Of a DNA stretch of 64,000 bases, positions 29,361-40,500 are shown piece after piece. The stretch is from Bacteroidales bacterium (GTDB taxonomy: Bacteria; Bacteroidota; Bacteroidia; Bacteroidales; P3), in contig JAFWZP010000106.1 in assembly GCA_017522255.1 (NCBI GenBank), positions 1,390-65,389 of the forward strand, given 5' to 3'. Numbering within the stretch: the first letter of the stretch is position 1; each line of letters begins with the position of its first letter. The position numbers and the translations under genes were made by a program. The notes below the pieces were generated by a model. The model was not told the DNA's origin. It was given only the letters and a program-made list of their open reading frames with translations, and made no database searches.

Positions 29361-29379
29361 TGGTATTATCAATTTTCTA

Positions 29380-30204
29380 TTATCTTAGACATCTATTGTT
29401 ATTTATAATTCTATCATATTCTCCCGTCTGATACCAGAGCAATAATTCCGAAGCTCTCAAAACCAACCAAGGCATACAGGCCGCATTTATCGATAAATAT
29501 TTTATCATTTCATCGAAAATACCAGAGTGGTTTTTACTAAAATCTATTGCCTGTTGAATAAATGAATTTATATGAATCTGATTGTGATACTTTTTGGGAA
29601 GCCCTGCCATTTTTATCATAGTCTTAATAGCCACTTCAATATCTTGGCAACACAAAAGTCCCATACGATCTGCCGTAAAATCCGACACTCGATACCAATT
29701 AAGTAGAGGCATCTTAACAAGATTCATAATAATGCCCCAATCCGAAGCAATCATTGGCCGATACATAGCCTCAGTCAACATATGATATGTTTTATGACCA
29801 CATTTCATGTGTCCAAGTTCGTGACCAATCAAGAAATTTAACTCCTCCGCTGTCAATAAATCTACTGAACCGGATGGGAAAACTATCCGTCTATTCTTCT
29901 CCCCAACAGAAAAAGAACCAATATGGTAAAACCAGTTTATGGAACAATTTGGAATTTCCTTTATATCAAGTATTCTGCAAGCTTCCCTAATCTGACTATT
30001 CAATGTAGGAAGGCATTGTGACGACACATTGATTCCTTCTCCTGAATATTCAACCGCAGCATATTTTTCCATTATACTGCCGACTGTCTTGTCTACAACA
30101 GTCTTAAACCCTGGAATCTTTTTCAGGGTATCCATTGTTGATTTGTCTTCAGGATGTAGAATAGTTGAAACATCTAATCCTTTTATGGCTGTTTTTGTAA
30201 CCAT
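29380..30204 (-). CDS. soluble M48-family Zn-metallopeptidase
   Basis: HELGHMKCGH (HExxH) plus downstream SDFTADRMG (Glu ligand region). No TM segment or signal peptide. Confidence 0.8.
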   Translation of the reverse strand: MVTKTAIKGLDVSTILHPEDKSTMDTLKKIPGFKTVVDKTVGSIMEKYAAVEYSGEGINVSSQCLPTLNSQIREACRILDIKEIPNCSINWFYHIGSFSVGEKNRRIVFPSGSVDLLTAEELNFLIGHELGHMKCGHKTYHMLTEAMYRPMIASDWGIIMNLVKMPLLNWYRVSDFTADRMGLLCCQDIEVAIKTMIKMAGLPKKYHNQIHINSFIQQAIDFSKNHSGIFDEMIKYLSINAACMPWLVLRASELLLWYQTGEYDRIINNNRCLR

Positions 30205-30215
30205 ATGTAACCTCT

Positions 30216-32015
30216 TTAGTACATAATTCCGCAGTGATATTCGTATATATTTTCTATATCTGCGGCATCAAATTGAATTTGTTTGTAAAGTGATAAATAT
30301 TTGTAGGACTGTTTAGCTTTATATAATCCCCCAAAGTCACTCCAGAAGTAGTATGTGATTGTCCCCCCGTTTTCTTTGATTTCAACATTAGGAGTTAAAT
30401 TAGATGTTACATTCAAACATAAATTAAGATAGAACTCTGTTGTTTCTAAATCATTTATTATATCTCCAATGTCAAAAACAATTTTCTGTGCATTATACGC
30501 CCCATGCCACCTATATCCAACAAATGAATCTGTTAAGTATAATAATAATGCCTGCCATACAGATTGTTCGTTATTATCTAAGGACAGAACACAAAAGGGA
30601 GATATAAATGGAGGCATCAAGTCTGATTGATTTATTTCCTCATCAGAAGCAAGAGCTTCTAATTCTATTCTTGAAATTACCCAATCATCGACATTAGCCC
30701 ATGGAATGTTATCTTTCTCCCACTTTGCTAAGTTCAATTCAGTTGGAGCACTTACAATCTTTGGGATAGCATATAATTGTAAAATATTATTTGTGCTGTA
30801 ATTAGAGCGATAATCCTTAATCTCATAATCAGGATGTATATGTAGCAGTTTCAATGATTTTAAGATAACACCCCACTGTTTTTTTTCTAGTAGAGCGTTA
30901 TTGCATTTTATAAAGTCAATGTAATCTTTATACATAACTTCATAAATTGAAACCTCTTTATTGGAAGTATTTGCAAAATCTGCAAAAATCATTGCTACGC
31001 CTTCAGCTACAATTGTTGATGGATTGGGCACCATAAAAGGCTCTTTCCCCAGACATGATGAAATATATTCTTTGACGATAGGATGTTTACAAGAACCTCC
31101 AGACAGAATTATACGAGAAATGTTCTCTCTGTCACAACCATGTTTATTAAGCAACGAGTAAATGTTAGACTCTATTACCCCCAGAAGATGAAGAATTAAC
31201 TGTATATAGGTGGTGCGAGATAGTGTAGTATGAACAAATGGACAATCAATATCTACAACATCTGCTAAAGCCAAATCGATTTTTGCTTTTTCAGCAATGT
31301 AGGCTAGTTCGTATAAACTTTTAAAGCCTGATGCGCCCTCTGACTCAAGTAACCAGTCAACGACACAAACATCAAAATCACTACCTCCAAGCGGTAAAAT
31401 AACACTATCTGTAAATATCCTCCACTTGCCATCATCATTTTGTTTGTAGTCTACAAGATAAATCTTTGTATATGAACAGCCAATATCTATAAATAAATTC
31501 TGAGATGGTTTATTTCTTCCCTTATAATAATGCTGGATAATAGCAGTACTTTCCTTGACAAATGTGATATTCTTCCAACCCGCCTTTTGTGCTGACAGTC
31601 GTATTACATTCTTTTCTTTGTTGCCAAAACTATCTGGTATTGCTATGGCCACATCACAAAAGTCGTCAGGGATATACTTATTTACTTTATTTCTTATCCC
31701 TATGAAGAATAAACCTATTAGATCTATTAATTCTATACTCATTGGGCCGTCATTAGTCGAAAATGTATATCCTGATTCTTCTACTATATGACAACGCTTT
31801 AGTCGCATCGCGCAACTTCCAGAATTAAGCGTTCCCTTAACTTTCGCACTATGTCCGATCTCAAATGTTTCATGCTGAGAATCGTAGTACAAATATGAAG
31901 GACATGAAGTCTTATCTGTTTCAATCGGTAAAACATTGATTGCTCCACTAGACTGTGTCGCTATAACACAATTTTCATCGCCAAAATCAAGGAATATTTT
32001 TGGAATAGCAGTCAT
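30216..32015 (-). CDS. Hsp70/actin-fold ATPase-like protein with degenerate phosphate motifs plus ~250 aa C-terminal domain of unknown function
   Basis: IFLDFGDENCV (degenerate phosphate-1), LFIDIGCSYTKIYLV (phosphate-2-like) and IILSGGSCKHPIV (adenosine motif, shared with the 33239 ORF). Confidence 0.65.
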   Translation of the reverse strand: MTAIPKIFLDFGDENCVIATQSSGAINVLPIETDKTSCPSYLYYDSQHETFEIGHSAKVKGTLNSGSCAMRLKRCHIVEESGYTFSTNDGPMSIELIDLIGLFFIGIRNKVNKYIPDDFCDVAIAIPDSFGNKEKNVIRLSAQKAGWKNITFVKESTAIIQHYYKGRNKPSQNLFIDIGCSYTKIYLVDYKQNDDGKWRIFTDSVILPLGGSDFDVCVVDWLLESEGASGFKSLYELAYIAEKAKIDLALADVVDIDCPFVHTTLSRTTYIQLILHLLGVIESNIYSLLNKHGCDRENISRIILSGGSCKHPIVKEYISSCLGKEPFMVPNPSTIVAEGVAMIFADFANTSNKEVSIYEVMYKDYIDFIKCNNALLEKKQWGVILKSLKLLHIHPDYEIKDYRSNYSTNNILQLYAIPKIVSAPTELNLAKWEKDNIPWANVDDWVISRIELEALASDEEINQSDLMPPFISPFCVLSLDNNEQSVWQALLLYLTDSFVGYRWHGAYNAQKIVFDIGDIINDLETTEFYLNLCLNVTSNLTPNVEIKENGGTITYYFWSDFGGLYKAKQSYKYLSLYKQIQFDAADIENIYEYHCGIMY

Positions 32016-32046
32016 AAACTAATTTATATAATAATTTATCTGAGTA

Positions 32047-32394
32047 TCAACCTCCTCCCATAGAATAGTCTCCTTCAGCATATAAGATACACTTACGACA
32101 TCGAGAGCAACTGATTAAAGTGCGAGTTTCATTCGGCATTTCCGATAAAGAATTCAGGGTGTTACATCCTGGGCACTCGATGTAATATGTCTTGCAATGC
32201 TCGCAATAATATAAATCCAGTGTTCTAAAATCTGGATTCTGTTTGCTGGAGCGCCACTCTCCTGACCAAAAATGGTCAACACCATTTATAATCGACCCAC
32301 ATATAGCAAGACCGATTCCCTCCTTTGATTTCAAATCTTTGAACTTTGACCAAGGTTGGAGGTCGTGAAGACACTTTTTACATTTGTGTGACAT
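32047..32394 (-). CDS. multi-CxxC zinc-ribbon protein (115 aa)
   Basis: CxxC motifs CKKC, CEHC, CPGC and CSRCRKC. Confidence 0.65.
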   Translation of the reverse strand: MSHKCKKCLHDLQPWSKFKDLKSKEGIGLAICGSIINGVDHFWSGEWRSSKQNPDFRTLDLYYCEHCKTYYIECPGCNTLNSLSEMPNETRTLISCSRCRKCILYAEGDYSMGGG

Positions 32395-32474
32395 AATATA
32401 CTTTGTTTACTTCTTGAATATTATATCAAGTATTGTTTGACATACATAGCGAGTTTTTTAGACAGTTCATATGT

Positions 32475-32482
32475 CAAATTTA
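32475..32482 (-). promoter_or_regulatory. possible internal -7 box (TAAATTTG on minus strand)
   Basis: Lies in the only sizeable intergenic gap of the island (32395-32644), about 80 nt upstream of the ATG at 32394. A 9-bp inverted repeat, tttgacata/tatgtcaaa, overlaps it. Confidence 0.35.
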
Positions 32483-32644
32483 TGACAAATCCAAGCAATA
32501 ATTGTTGTAGCAAAAGATCTATACTTTGATAAGAATCAGTCTGTTCAACATCTTGATTAAGTATCTAAAAATCCTTCAAACCTTCTGCAAAATCCGAAGG
32601 ACAGATAATTTTTACTCCATAAGAAATCTGATTACAATATTAAG

Positions 32645-33205
32645 TTATTTCCCTTTTAATTTCAATAAAGCACGAAATTTAAACCATGATCCTTTATTAT
32701 TTTCGAGTTGATTTATCATATATCTTAGACCTTCTCCATAAATAGGGTCTGGATTCTGTAGCATTGATAACTTCCACGCATTTCCCAATTTACTGAACTG
32801 AGTAGAAAGGACATGATATGCGAGTAACTCACAAAATCCTTCTTCCTCCATAACAGAGAGATTTAGTCTGTTATCGCGACACCATGTGTGCCCCATCTCG
32901 TGTGCAACAACTGACAATAAGAATATGTAAGTTCTATTCTCTAAGAGCCAAATTTTATGCAGTTTGCCTTCTACGCTTATAGGGCATGTCAGGCCGACAA
33001 CATTCTGCATAGTTGGTTGTAATTTCTTTATTTCAGTTGTATTAACTATCTCAAATGAAATACATTTGGAATCTACAACTATGCCAATATTGCCTAATAA
33101 CAACTCCGCCTTGTGAATAATCTGATTAAGTTTTAATTGATCAGATTTATTCACAAGGGAGTCATTTAGTCTCTCTTCTTCTTCATCATTAAATGATTTT
33201 GCCAT
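32645..33205 (-). CDS. DA1-like (HEMxH..EEGxC) Zn-metallopeptidase
   Basis: VVAHEMGHTWCRDNRLNLSVMEEEGFCELLAYHVL closely parallels the plant DA1 peptidase core AHEMMHAWLRL..EEGICQVL. Confidence 0.6.
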   Translation of the reverse strand: MAKSFNDEEEERLNDSLVNKSDQLKLNQIIHKAELLLGNIGIVVDSKCISFEIVNTTEIKKLQPTMQNVVGLTCPISVEGKLHKIWLLENRTYIFLLSVVAHEMGHTWCRDNRLNLSVMEEEGFCELLAYHVLSTQFSKLGNAWKLSMLQNPDPIYGEGLRYMINQLENNKGSWFKFRALLKLKGK

Positions 33206-33238
33206 AAGAGACGAAATAGAAATGTATCTTATAACTAA

Positions 33239-34780
33239 TTAAACATTAAGAGATAAATCCTTTGGCGTTTTCTTGATATACGAAGAATACTTTGCATAGA
33301 AATCATCCCAGTCTTCACAATCAATTATGTTTGCCTCGCCGCTTGCAGATTGCATCAGTTTTACCAAATCATCTTTGATTGTCTCTACAGTGTCATCGTT
33401 AAGATTAACTACATAGGTGTTAAAACTCAGAAGACTAGATTCGTCAAGGGTAAATTCGGTGAATACAGGATGAAGAAAACCAGTAATATCAAGAGGAATC
33501 TCAATTACGTCAATCTCTTTATTATCTGCGAAAAGATGTTCTTCTCCTTCTATTACAAATGAACGTACCAGCGGAGATGTTGCACTTACACTTGCTGCCT
33601 GTATTGCTCGGCATGGAACTACAGTACCCTTTTCAAGAAGAATCGCATTAATTTTTTCGTCATTAACAATGAGATCGGTACCTAGAGAATGAGGAATTTT
33701 AATAGTTCTGCCAACGTCTATATCACCAGACGGAGTTTTTAGTGCGTGATGATAGATAGCAGCTCCTTCTGTCACAAAGCAATCAAGATTTGGTGCCGTA
33801 AAAGGGTCCTTACCAATTATATCTTTAACAAAATCTCTAACAAGTGGATGTTTGCAAGAGCCACCGACAAGAACAAAACGGTTTATGTCATCCATATCAA
33901 TGTGTGAACCATCAATCACGCTATTATTTACGGTCCTCTTGATTGTTTCACCAATTTGATCGAGCTTGCTCTGAATAAGTTTCTTATACTTCTCACGAGT
34001 CAAGACAACTTCATTTGGCATGTACACAGGATGAGAAACTTGAGTTTCATTAAGGCTGGCCAGTTCAATCTTTGCCGCCTCAGCAACAGCTTTTAACTCA
34101 AGCTTATTCTTGAACCCTTTAGAGCCATTTTGAACCATCCAGTCAATAATAATATTATCAAAATCATCACCACCAAGATAATGATCTCCATCCCAATTCA
34201 CGGGATTAATAATATGCTTGTTGAGTTTTCTGTCAAAATTCACGTCCAAAACAGTTACGTCAAAAGTACCTCCACCAAGGTCAACAACACAAATCGTTTG
34301 ACGAGTTTTTGCCTCTAACCCATAACGAATAGCAGCTGCTGTTGGTTCTGGAATAATTGCAATCGGATTAAGGCCTGCATCAATTGCTGCTTTTTTAACT
34401 TCGCCGATTTCCTGGAATCCGAAATAAGCGGGAACTGTAATAACAGCGTCATTAACCTCATCTTTCAATGTCTTTGCAACTTCACGCTTCAAATAAGCAA
34501 GAATAATGGTTGCAGCGTCAGTTGGAGTAAACGTTTCTCCGCCAATCTGGTATGTTGTTGAACTTCCCAAATCGCGTTTTGTTGAAATCAAAATGCGATC
34601 AGGATCAACAGCAACATGCTGCTTTGCCTCTCTGCCGACTACATAATCACCATCAGGATTTACCCAAATAATGGATGGTGTTGTCATTGAACCCTTTAGC
34701 TGGATTGTGTGACTAGTGCCCATTTCATATACAGAAACAGCACTATTGGTAGTTCCTAAATCAATACCAATAATTTTCAT
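33239..34780 (-). CDS. Hsp70 family ATPase paralogue (513 aa)
   Basis: IGIDLGTTNSAVSVY, VVDLGGGTFDVTVLDV and FVLVGGSCKHPLVRDFV. The short C-terminal region has no helical lid. Confidence 0.85.
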   Translation of the reverse strand: MKIIGIDLGTTNSAVSVYEMGTSHTIQLKGSMTTPSIIWVNPDGDYVVGREAKQHVAVDPDRILISTKRDLGSSTTYQIGGETFTPTDAATIILAYLKREVAKTLKDEVNDAVITVPAYFGFQEIGEVKKAAIDAGLNPIAIIPEPTAAAIRYGLEAKTRQTICVVDLGGGTFDVTVLDVNFDRKLNKHIINPVNWDGDHYLGGDDFDNIIIDWMVQNGSKGFKNKLELKAVAEAAKIELASLNETQVSHPVYMPNEVVLTREKYKKLIQSKLDQIGETIKRTVNNSVIDGSHIDMDDINRFVLVGGSCKHPLVRDFVKDIIGKDPFTAPNLDCFVTEGAAIYHHALKTPSGDIDVGRTIKIPHSLGTDLIVNDEKINAILLEKGTVVPCRAIQAASVSATSPLVRSFVIEGEEHLFADNKEIDVIEIPLDITGFLHPVFTEFTLDESSLLSFNTYVVNLNDDTVETIKDDLVKLMQSASGEANIIDCEDWDDFYAKYSSYIKKTPKDLSLNV

Positions 34781-34804
34781 AATTTAATTATTTTTGATTA
34801 ATGT

Positions 34805-37570
34805 TTAAAAATCAGGTGTTACTGCTGTAGCTTTACGCGAAACCCATGGAGATTCATATCCAATCTGATTTACATCTATAATTGTTTCAGAACCAAGTGC
34901 CTTGATATGTGACTTTTCCTCTTCTGATAACTTTATTATGTTGAACAAATTTGTGGCATTAAACCACTGATATTTTGAATCAGAATGCTGTTCTTCAAAC
35001 AGTCTTGGACAGATTATTGTATATCCGAAATCTGTTATTAAGCTATATACTTTATAATACAGTTTGTTCAACGTATCAATGTCCATTTTTGCATCAATTA
35101 ATTGTTTTCGAATGAATGGGACAGTACTCAATTGATAAAGACGAACAAATTTTGAAAAACTATCAGATTTAACAATGTTAGAGATGAATTTTTTTGAAAG
35201 ATGTTCTTTTACTTCACTTTCCGGGATTGTTAAATAATCAGCCCCAAAGAACGACTCTGAGTCTCCAAGTACTCTTACAGAGAAATCCTCAGACCAGGAT
35301 AATATACCAGCACTTAGACCACTTACACCTTTAGTTAAAGGCGTAATAAACCCTTCCTTGATAGTAGAATTGTCTAAATCCTTATATACGTTTTTGAATA
35401 ATTCTGTTATATCAGTTAATGTTTCCTGGATTTGAATAAGATAATGTGCATTTTTATTCTGTGCAACTTCTTTCATCTTTGCTAATGAAGCGTTAAGGCG
35501 GATTATGTTCTCAGCTTGAGATTTTTTCTCTTTATCAAGCTCTACAATTCGTTCTTTTGCAGATTTTATCTCGCCTTCCTTTGTCTTGACTTTCTCTTCG
35601 GCTTTATTCTTGGCTTTTATAGCCTCTTCTTTCTGCTTCTCTAAGTTAGTCTTCTCTCTTTTATAAGTAGAGATTAAGATGTATTCTTCGTTTATCTTCT
35701 TTTTATAAGTAGATTCAACTTTATGTTTTTCATCAACCCGAGCTTTTATAACAGCATCGGCAATAGCCTTATCTGTATCTTTTAGCTTTTCATTAGCTTC
35801 TGACAATTTACTAACAATTTCCGTATACTGCTCAGATGTTGGACGTTTTGAAAGTGATTCTATTTGTTCTCTAGCAGACTGAAGTTCTTTCAACAAATCA
35901 GTTGGATTGACATCAGGCTCTGTTATCTTATTTTCTATAGAAATTACACGACTATCCTTTACTATGAGTATCGTACCGTCATTTAATTGATAATTACCAT
36001 CTGGAGAAGCAATATCATTTATAGAAGGTTTTTCACCCTGGGTAATAACAGTAATCTTCTTGTTGTCGATAGAAATTAGAGTTATTACATTTTGGGATTG
36101 TTGTGGAGAAGATATTCTAATGTTATCAATGCGATTATTGCGTACCTCATATATTACACCTTCGCGTGATTCAAATTGATAAAACTTCTTAGAATTTATC
36201 TGTATTGGAGAAATAACCTCATCATTTTTTTGAGGAGTGTCATTTGTAAGTACTACTCTATAAATCTTGGTGGTCTTTATATCTTTGATTGATTTAGAAA
36301 TTGAATTAATCTTCTGTGCTTCAATCTTGATAACATAATCTTCTATCTCATATGTTCCTTTTCCTTCTACAGATGCTCCCTTACAAATCGAGAACGGAGT
36401 TCCATTTAGATCAATTTTAATGCATGGTGAAATATCATTCGCATTCTCCATATTATAGATGAATGCTGTATCATTTTTGCACTCTATCTTCCTTCCAATA
36501 AAAAATAGTTCAGGAAATAAGCTCAATTTTTTTCTCCTTTTAAAACGATAAATATATCCATCTGCAGTCCTACATTCACCTGGACGATTTGATAAATTTC
36601 CTATTTGTGGCTCATCGTTACACAGAATCTTGTATTTTTTCTGTGTATATGTATCCTCATAACATTTTGCCCCCTTAAATTTACGTTTAATGTAAAAACG
36701 CAAACATACCATCAATACAAGAAGTATGACAATTAGTGACACGGTAAGACCGATAACAAATTCCCATGTTGAATACCCACCATACTCAAAAGGACTTTTA
36801 ATTTTGAAAATTAAAATACTATTGTTTGCCAAATCATTATGATCAACAACATCGTACAATAATGTTACATTATATGTAGTATCCTTAAGAAGATAGGCTG
36901 GGTTTATTTCAAAGCTTAACTCTTTATTCTCGCTAAGTTCAATCGGTATCTCTTTGTCAGAGTATTGAAGTCTAACATTCTCAATTTTTATTTTTTCACA
37001 CCCATTCAACTTGTATTTAAAAGAAGCTAAAGTGTCTTTCCTAAAGACACTAATTCTTTCTTTGAAATCACAAATTTGTTTGTCGACATAAATCGGCGTA
37101 CAACTAATCTTTTTAACAATGTCAGAAGCGGATAACTCTTTCTCCTTGATTACGATTGTACCAACTAATATACTATCTCTATAAAATCTTATTATTTCTC
37201 CTTCTCTTAAAGTAATTTCAGACTTTAAAGTCTTGGTATTTTTGTCACTACATTTAATAGTGTTACTCGTCGTCTTATCTTCATTTATGAACGTTAGAGG
37301 GCCTCCATTTATGGTTACTTTATGAGGAACAGGATTAGGTACATCATTACCTTCTTTATTCCTGATCATAATCTTTGGTCTCTCCATTATTTCAATCTCG
37401 GTAATTCGTCCTGTGTAATCAAGAGTATCATTAATACTAGTAACAGAAGTGATGTTTGAACCTTCTACTTTACATTCTTTAATCTTATCACGAGAGTAGG
37501 TGATCGTAATAACTTGTGCATTAACTCTAATGCAACATAGCAATAACAGTAAATATATTATTCTATTCAT
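34805..37570 (-). CDS. single-pass membrane protein with external N-domain, cytoplasmic beta-hairpin-like repeats, long coiled coil and C-terminal domain (921 aa)
   Basis: Signal peptide LLLLLCCIRVNAQ and TM segment FVIGLTVSLIVILLVLMVCL. Repeated G.Y....G.I..V motifs and a Lys/Glu-rich heptad region. Confidence 0.7.
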   Translation of the reverse strand: MNRIIYLLLLLCCIRVNAQVITITYSRDKIKECKVEGSNITSVTSINDTLDYTGRITEIEIMERPKIMIRNKEGNDVPNPVPHKVTINGGPLTFINEDKTTSNTIKCSDKNTKTLKSEITLREGEIIRFYRDSILVGTIVIKEKELSASDIVKKISCTPIYVDKQICDFKERISVFRKDTLASFKYKLNGCEKIKIENVRLQYSDKEIPIELSENKELSFEINPAYLLKDTTYNVTLLYDVVDHNDLANNSILIFKIKSPFEYGGYSTWEFVIGLTVSLIVILLVLMVCLRFYIKRKFKGAKCYEDTYTQKKYKILCNDEPQIGNLSNRPGECRTADGYIYRFKRRKKLSLFPELFFIGRKIECKNDTAFIYNMENANDISPCIKIDLNGTPFSICKGASVEGKGTYEIEDYVIKIEAQKINSISKSIKDIKTTKIYRVVLTNDTPQKNDEVISPIQINSKKFYQFESREGVIYEVRNNRIDNIRISSPQQSQNVITLISIDNKKITVITQGEKPSINDIASPDGNYQLNDGTILIVKDSRVISIENKITEPDVNPTDLLKELQSAREQIESLSKRPTSEQYTEIVSKLSEANEKLKDTDKAIADAVIKARVDEKHKVESTYKKKINEEYILISTYKREKTNLEKQKEEAIKAKNKAEEKVKTKEGEIKSAKERIVELDKEKKSQAENIIRLNASLAKMKEVAQNKNAHYLIQIQETLTDITELFKNVYKDLDNSTIKEGFITPLTKGVSGLSAGILSWSEDFSVRVLGDSESFFGADYLTIPESEVKEHLSKKFISNIVKSDSFSKFVRLYQLSTVPFIRKQLIDAKMDIDTLNKLYYKVYSLITDFGYTIICPRLFEEQHSDSKYQWFNATNLFNIIKLSEEEKSHIKALGSETIIDVNQIGYESPWVSRKATAVTPDF

Positions 37571-37579
37571 AACTATAAT

Positions 37580-40500
37580 TTATGCGTATGGCCACATACT
37601 ATGTTTAAATGTGTTATTTGTTTCAACATCAATTTTAACTGGTGCAGATGCTTCAAATTCCAAATCACCTGCGGTAAATGTCATTTCATTCTTCTCATTT
37701 ATCTCAAGACGTATATGTACATTTCTTGTGTCTTGGCAAACACTTCCAGGATTGAATGCTGCCATAATTGAAATGTAGTCATTTCGTCTCTCTTCATCTT
37801 CATAATCATCAGCAGGATAAGGCGAATAACACTGAACCAAATAAGCTTCAATAGTATTCCTCATGTCTAAGTTTATGTAGTCAGTTGAAGAATCTGCAGA
37901 GAAACGGTCTGTATCGTAGGTAAAGACTTGCATGCCATTTTGCTGCCCTGAGACATTAATTGAGCGATTCGTAGTCTTCGTTTCTGTATCTATGAGAGGC
38001 TGATAAGCCCATCTGTTCTTTCTATCAATATACAAAACTCCATACTTCGCATATATGTTTTTATTGTATAATATAACAGATGATGCTCTCTTCCCATATA
38101 ATGCTGCATAATACAAAGCACCTTGGGCCACTACCGTCTTTAAGTCTTCTCCGTTAATCTCGAGTGACACACAACTATTATCATCGTTCCATATATTTAC
38201 TTTGTTTCGTAACCTTGTCTTGATGTCGCCGAACTGAATGCTGCGACCAGCCATTATTAAGGTATCAATAGGAGACTCATCCATCTTTAGATGTCCGAGT
38301 TGAGTGAAACGTTCGAATAATGTGTCTGTACATTCCGTAATAAAAGACTGTACATGTTTATTGGACCTAATCAAATCAAGATCAATTTCAACATCATTGA
38401 AATCCACGCCCATCATTGTTTGGCCATTCCAAGCAGAGAAAACAATTGTATCAGACGAGAACAAACTAGGCTTTAATGTGTTCTTGATAAAGAATTTTAA
38501 TTTACCCAAGAGATTTTGCATTGTATCGTCTTTTGAATGCTCTAATATCTCTTTTGGGAAGACTTGTGGATATTCATCAACCAAAGCTTCTGCAAGAACG
38601 TAGTCGAGATAGTTTCCAGCTTTATTAAGTCCCATCTTTGAAAGCATTGATACCTTTTTATCTCCATCAGACAAATGTTCGATAGTTAGGTATGTCAAGT
38701 CCAAAGTACCAGCCCCCATGTCATAGACAAGAACATGTTCTACAAAAGTGTCACTTCCTATATTACGATTCTTGTTATACTTTCCCCAATTTTTGAGATA
38801 AAAATATGCAATAGAATCTGATTCACTTACAAACCATACATAATCAGGTCTAATGGAAGGTATTTCTTTTAAAACAATCTTTCGTAAATATTCAATATGG
38901 TGTGGAGTGTAGGTGTTAGGTACGCTAAGGACAATCTTATTTACCAATTTACCTTTGGGTATGCATTCGTTAATATAGTCTTTGAATAAAGTTCTATAAG
39001 TTGACCTAAAAATTGCATCAACATCAAGAGGTGATTGGGCAAACGTCAAAACTTGTGTGTCTGATTCATGTAGCTTATATTTAAAATTTGCATACATTTC
39101 ACCATTAGGAATATTCTTGTAACCAACCAAAGCTTTCATGTATGGTAGTCTGAAACCTTCTGAATGGAATCGAGGTTCGCTTGGTGACAGATATACTAAT
39201 GATTTCTTGTAAGAGTCCGAATCTACTGAAGGTGTGTCTGATTGTAACATTATATTCGAAGATAAGAAGTTGCTTCCTTCTTCAAAGCGAGGATTACGGT
39301 ATCTGTCGTTTTCCCTTTCGTCAATTATTTCTTTGTTACGATCGTTAAGCTTTAACAATTGGAAATTTCTTTCTGTACCATCTCCGAAAACTGCTACAGT
39401 TGCAGATGTACCATAGTCAACACACAACCACTCGCGTCCTGGATCTTTTTCAATTTCAATAATAGCTTCTGAATGGAAGTGACTCCACACCATTTCTTCA
39501 AGATTGTACCTGCCTCTTTCATCTTCAATATAATCAAATTCTATGTTAAAGATTATTTTAGAGTTATATGATGGTATATCTTCAATATTCTTGTGAAGCA
39601 GTTTACAAGTATACGTGATAAATGAGTCAACACCATTCTTTAATGTATATATGCCTTCATCAATATCCTTAATATCTAAAAAATCAATACTTGGCGATGA
39701 GATAATCTCCTGGTCATTGACAATAGGATAAATCTTAATGTTTTTGAGAACAACTGCAGAGTCCGAGGATGCACCCTTATTGGTCGCCTCATTACCCAAT
39801 TGTATTTTAGCAATCTGTATAAGTCCAGAAAACCTTTCTGCCTTCCCTGTTTGATGTTCTATCCAATTGTAATGTCCATATGTGGTTTTAGAATTATTGT
39901 CAACCTCTTTACCATTGCAAATGACCGATAGACGAGTTCGTGTAAAATCCCTATAAACAGGGACAACACAGTCAATTGGGTCGGTTGGAACATCATTAAG
40001 GATGTTTTTTGCTATCGCAACAAATTTTTCCAGTCTGACTTCATTTTCGGGATTTTCCAACTTGTCTAAATCCAAGAAAACAGGTATAGAAACAATGTTC
40101 TGAGTAGATAATTTTTTCAACTCTATTTCTTGCCCCGAAATTCTATTTAATTTAAGCATTGAAATAGGTTCCTCGTCAGCACCTCTTAATCCGGATATTT
40201 CAAAATACGGATTGTCTTCGACAATGTCCTTAGGCATTGCGAAAGAGACTAAATTTTCCGAAAACTGAGTAGGATATTTAATAGATAAATTAAGTGCTGC
40301 TAGTTCAGCATATCTATATGCACAGGAATTTTCTATTTCAAAATGACCTACACATACATTGTCATGCTTGTATTTAAGATCATTTTTTGAAAGAAAGTTT
40401 ATCGTACAATCAGGTTTTGCCTTAACCAATCTTACAACGACAATATAATCTTCGCTTATAACTTGGTTTTCAAAAGAAAACTTGACTTTAAATTTTATTT

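Noticed and set aside
30216-32015. An HPD tripeptide (..LKLLHIHPDYEIK..) in the C-terminal half of the degenerate Hsp70-like protein, as a possible J-domain.
   Set aside because: The surrounding sequence does not match the J-domain helix I/II pattern or spacing, and a lone tripeptide is expected by chance. The island therefore has no identifiable J-protein by eye. A profile search is needed.
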